The notes under the pieces were generated by a model. It was not told the origin of the DNA, ran no database searches, and saw nothing but the letters and a program-made list of their open reading frames with translations. Below are positions 52,829 to 64,000 of a stretch of DNA of 64,000 nt, one piece after another (within the stretch, counting starts at the first letter, position 1; each line of letters starts with the position of its first letter). Source of the DNA: Amoebidium appalachense (Eukaryota; Protista; Ichthyosporea); contig CAVNZM010000001.1 in assembly GCA_963693365.1 (NCBI GenBank), forward strand, positions 14,742,418 to 14,806,417. Direction: 5' to 3'. The translations under genes and the position numbers were made by a program.

Positions 52829-53403
52829 CTGTACAAGAAGTAAATAAGGCAGAAACCATCCGTTTTTCCTAGTATAAAGGGGGACTTGGAGTAAGATGAG
52901 TTGAGCCTATAGTATTGAGTTTCAGAACTCTAGAGGGCATGTGGCTGCCCCAAAGGGGTGGGGGGTGGGGACGGCGGTGGGGGGTGGGGATGGTGCTGGT
53001 GGGTAGGGGTTGGGGAGGGGGGGGGGGGGGGGGGGAGGACTTGAAAGATCCTGGCCAATTGGTGATGAGTAGCTAGGAAGGCGGTATTGATGCAAGAAAG
53101 CTGAAGGTGATTGCTTGTTCTTATTGTTACCTAACGTTTTACTATTGTTCTTGCTCGTTGTTATCATGCTTGGCTACTTAGATCCACGTTTGGCAGAGTG
53201 TACGAAAGTGCATCAGGTTGGGGAAGAACAGTTCCTGGAAGATGTTGTTTGGTGCAGTCATAAAAGAACAAAATCACGCATCCGTACCGACTTCGAAGCT
53301 TATGATACTAGGGAGTCTCGTCCACTGTACATGAACATCAAATATAGGAAGACCCTATTTAGTGCACAGCTTTGAAATTGCATTCACGAGATCCCTTGCT
53401 TAC
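52829..53403 (-). other. Probable 5'-UTR intron of TPP2
   Basis: Strong donor cag|gtaagc at 53403 and a pyrimidine-rich cttcttgtacag acceptor 12 nt upstream of the ATG. Confidence 0.55.
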
Positions 53404-53599
53404 CTGTGTGTAGCAAGCCGCCTCCCACGATTTATGTATTTTTACAGGAACAAGCGGTAGCCTTTAGTAAACCACAGCTCAATATTATTGCTTTCTTGAC
53501 TCTTTTTTTCTTTGGAAAAAGTCTACTCAGGTGCTAACAATACCAGGTTTTAGACTGGTGGGGATTGGAAGTGAAGAGTAGTGTGAAGAGCGAACTCGA

Positions 53600-54000
53600 A
53601 CGTAGTAAACAAAGGGCAGGATCTAGATTCCGCAGGGATCTTCCATTTTTATGACGGCATGCGATGCTCGCTAAACCAATCACTGAGCTAGCCTCGATAC
53701 CATACCGGCACGTGTGTACCGTGTGTTTTCGGGAGACCGAAAAGAGGAAAAGACATCAAGAAAAGAAGATATATAAGTCAAATTACATAATAATATATAC
53801 TGCAGTTGTAATTACGCCATATTTTGGTTTAGTCTAATTTATTTTTCATTGAGCATAAAGCCCTTAAAGGGTGTATGGGTGCCGGCCCATGCTCAGTTGG
53901 TTGGGGCCCGGGCACAGCCTGCGTTGAGAGCGCCAATCAATGATCGTGTCTGGTGCTCTTTTATCCAATACCCATTGAGGAATAATGCAAGTTTAACCTT
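53600..54000. promoter_or_regulatory. Putative divergent promoter region between TPP2 and the cNMP-aralar gene
   Basis: Island free of simple repeats between head-to-head genes, with CCAAT boxes at 53676 and 53933 and an AT-rich stretch at ~53770-53850. Confidence 0.4.
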
Positions 54001-54739
54001 ATTTGGTTCGAATTCGAATTTCAGTGCCAGACAGCTAGACTCAGAATGTGCAAACGCTGACAGGCTGATCAGGATATCGAAACGTTTGTTCTTGTGCGAG
54101 ACTGTGAGTGCTCAGTTGTGTCCATGTTTTCAAAGGATTAGAAGTGAGAGAAGCACATATAGCGCTATTTTTTACTGATTTTATACGCTGTGAAACGGTG
54201 TTATGGCTTAGTCTTTTTTTCATAGTTTTGTCAGATCATCTTGCTTCACAGGCTAGTGCAGAGCTGCAAAAGGTGCAACATACCGTTGAATCTACCATAT
54301 GTATTGTGACCGATTTTACGCTTACGCACGGGCACACTAATGTACATTTAAACACGATAGATTTACGTCTTTTAGTATTTGATTATAAGGATTTTCTGTG
54401 CATTGTTCGCACACAGCATTCACGTGGCCCTCTCAGACTTGGCTATACGATCTTGAAATGCCATTATAGGGCTAAACGAACGGAAGGAGGAGTGAGCCGG
54501 CATAGGGCCATGCTGGCTGGTAATACCCATCCCCCCCCCCCCCCCCCCCCCCCCCCACCTACCCACCTCCCCCCCTTCCTCGCCCACTCTCCCGTCCTGG
54601 TTCCCAGTTCATGTCCAGCCAACATAGCCCCCCGCCCGCCTGTTCACTTTTCCGCAACCCCTTTGTCACCAGCTGCAGCTGTTCTACTCTGCAACGTTTT
54701 GTTTTTGTGTGCATGTGCCTCTGTCCCTCTCCTTCTCTC

Positions 54740-55560
<821 letters not shown>

Positions 55561-56081
55561 CCCCCCCCCCCCTCTCTCTCTCCCTTGGGCTCTCACTCTC
55601 TGCGTCATGCTGCACACATGTATACCCGCTTGCCCTGCTTTCTCAGAGGGGAGATCCCTACCCCTCTCCAGATCCCTACCTCTCTCTCTTCCTCCCTTTC
55701 CTTTCCCGCAACCTCCCTTTCTAATCCAGGTCCGTAGATGTGCAAACACCATCAACCAATTGCCACATGCCGTCTATCCACAGATGCTTGTATGTGTTCA
55801 GTTACGTGCTTCATTCGGTATTAGCATGCACATGCACACCTTCTGATAGATTCACAGCATATGAAATATTCAAAATAATCAAACATTTATAGGCGAACTT
55901 CCTGGGCACTGGTACCGGTGCATGATTCTCGGCATACATGTACGTGCACGCCCAGCCGCTCACGCTTTTACCCTGGCATGCCGTTATGAAATACTCCGCA
56001 CTCCAGATGTCTTTGCATGTTCAAATCTTGCTGATCTCATCACCCTACCCTATCCCTCTGTGCAGCTGCAACTGTGTCCCA

Positions 56082-63986
<7,905 letters not shown>

Positions 63987-64000
63987 GTGAGTGTGTGATT

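Overview
Eukaryotic, very intron-rich genomic DNA, probably from a unicellular eukaryote (taxon not determinable here). Introns and intergenic DNA are saturated with poly-G/poly-C runs and (AC)n/(CT)n microsatellites, so almost all long ORFs in the track are low-complexity noise. Hand-splicing at GT-AG sites recovers five genes: (1) the 3' end of an unidentified + gene; (2) a 3-exon universal stress protein gene (-); (3) a 2-exon, 59-aa microprotein (+) consisting only of a PDCD4/SERBP1/Stm1-type ribosome-binding motif; (4) a complete tripeptidyl-peptidase II gene (-; 39 coding exons, ~1276 aa, one GC-AG intron); (5) the 5' part of a + gene fusing a PKA-regulatory-subunit-like cyclic-nucleotide-binding domain to an aralar/citrin (SLC25A12/13)-like EF-hand domain. 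Repeats include a 3'-truncated DIRS/Ngaro-type retrotransposon flanked by a 39-bp duplication, a ~14-kb degenerate tandem array with a recent 1.38-kb duplication, two SINE-like insertions and a piggyBac-type MITE. The best novelty candidates are the cNMP-aralar fusion and the stand-alone PDCD4-motif microprotein. All homology calls come from recalled motifs, not database searches.
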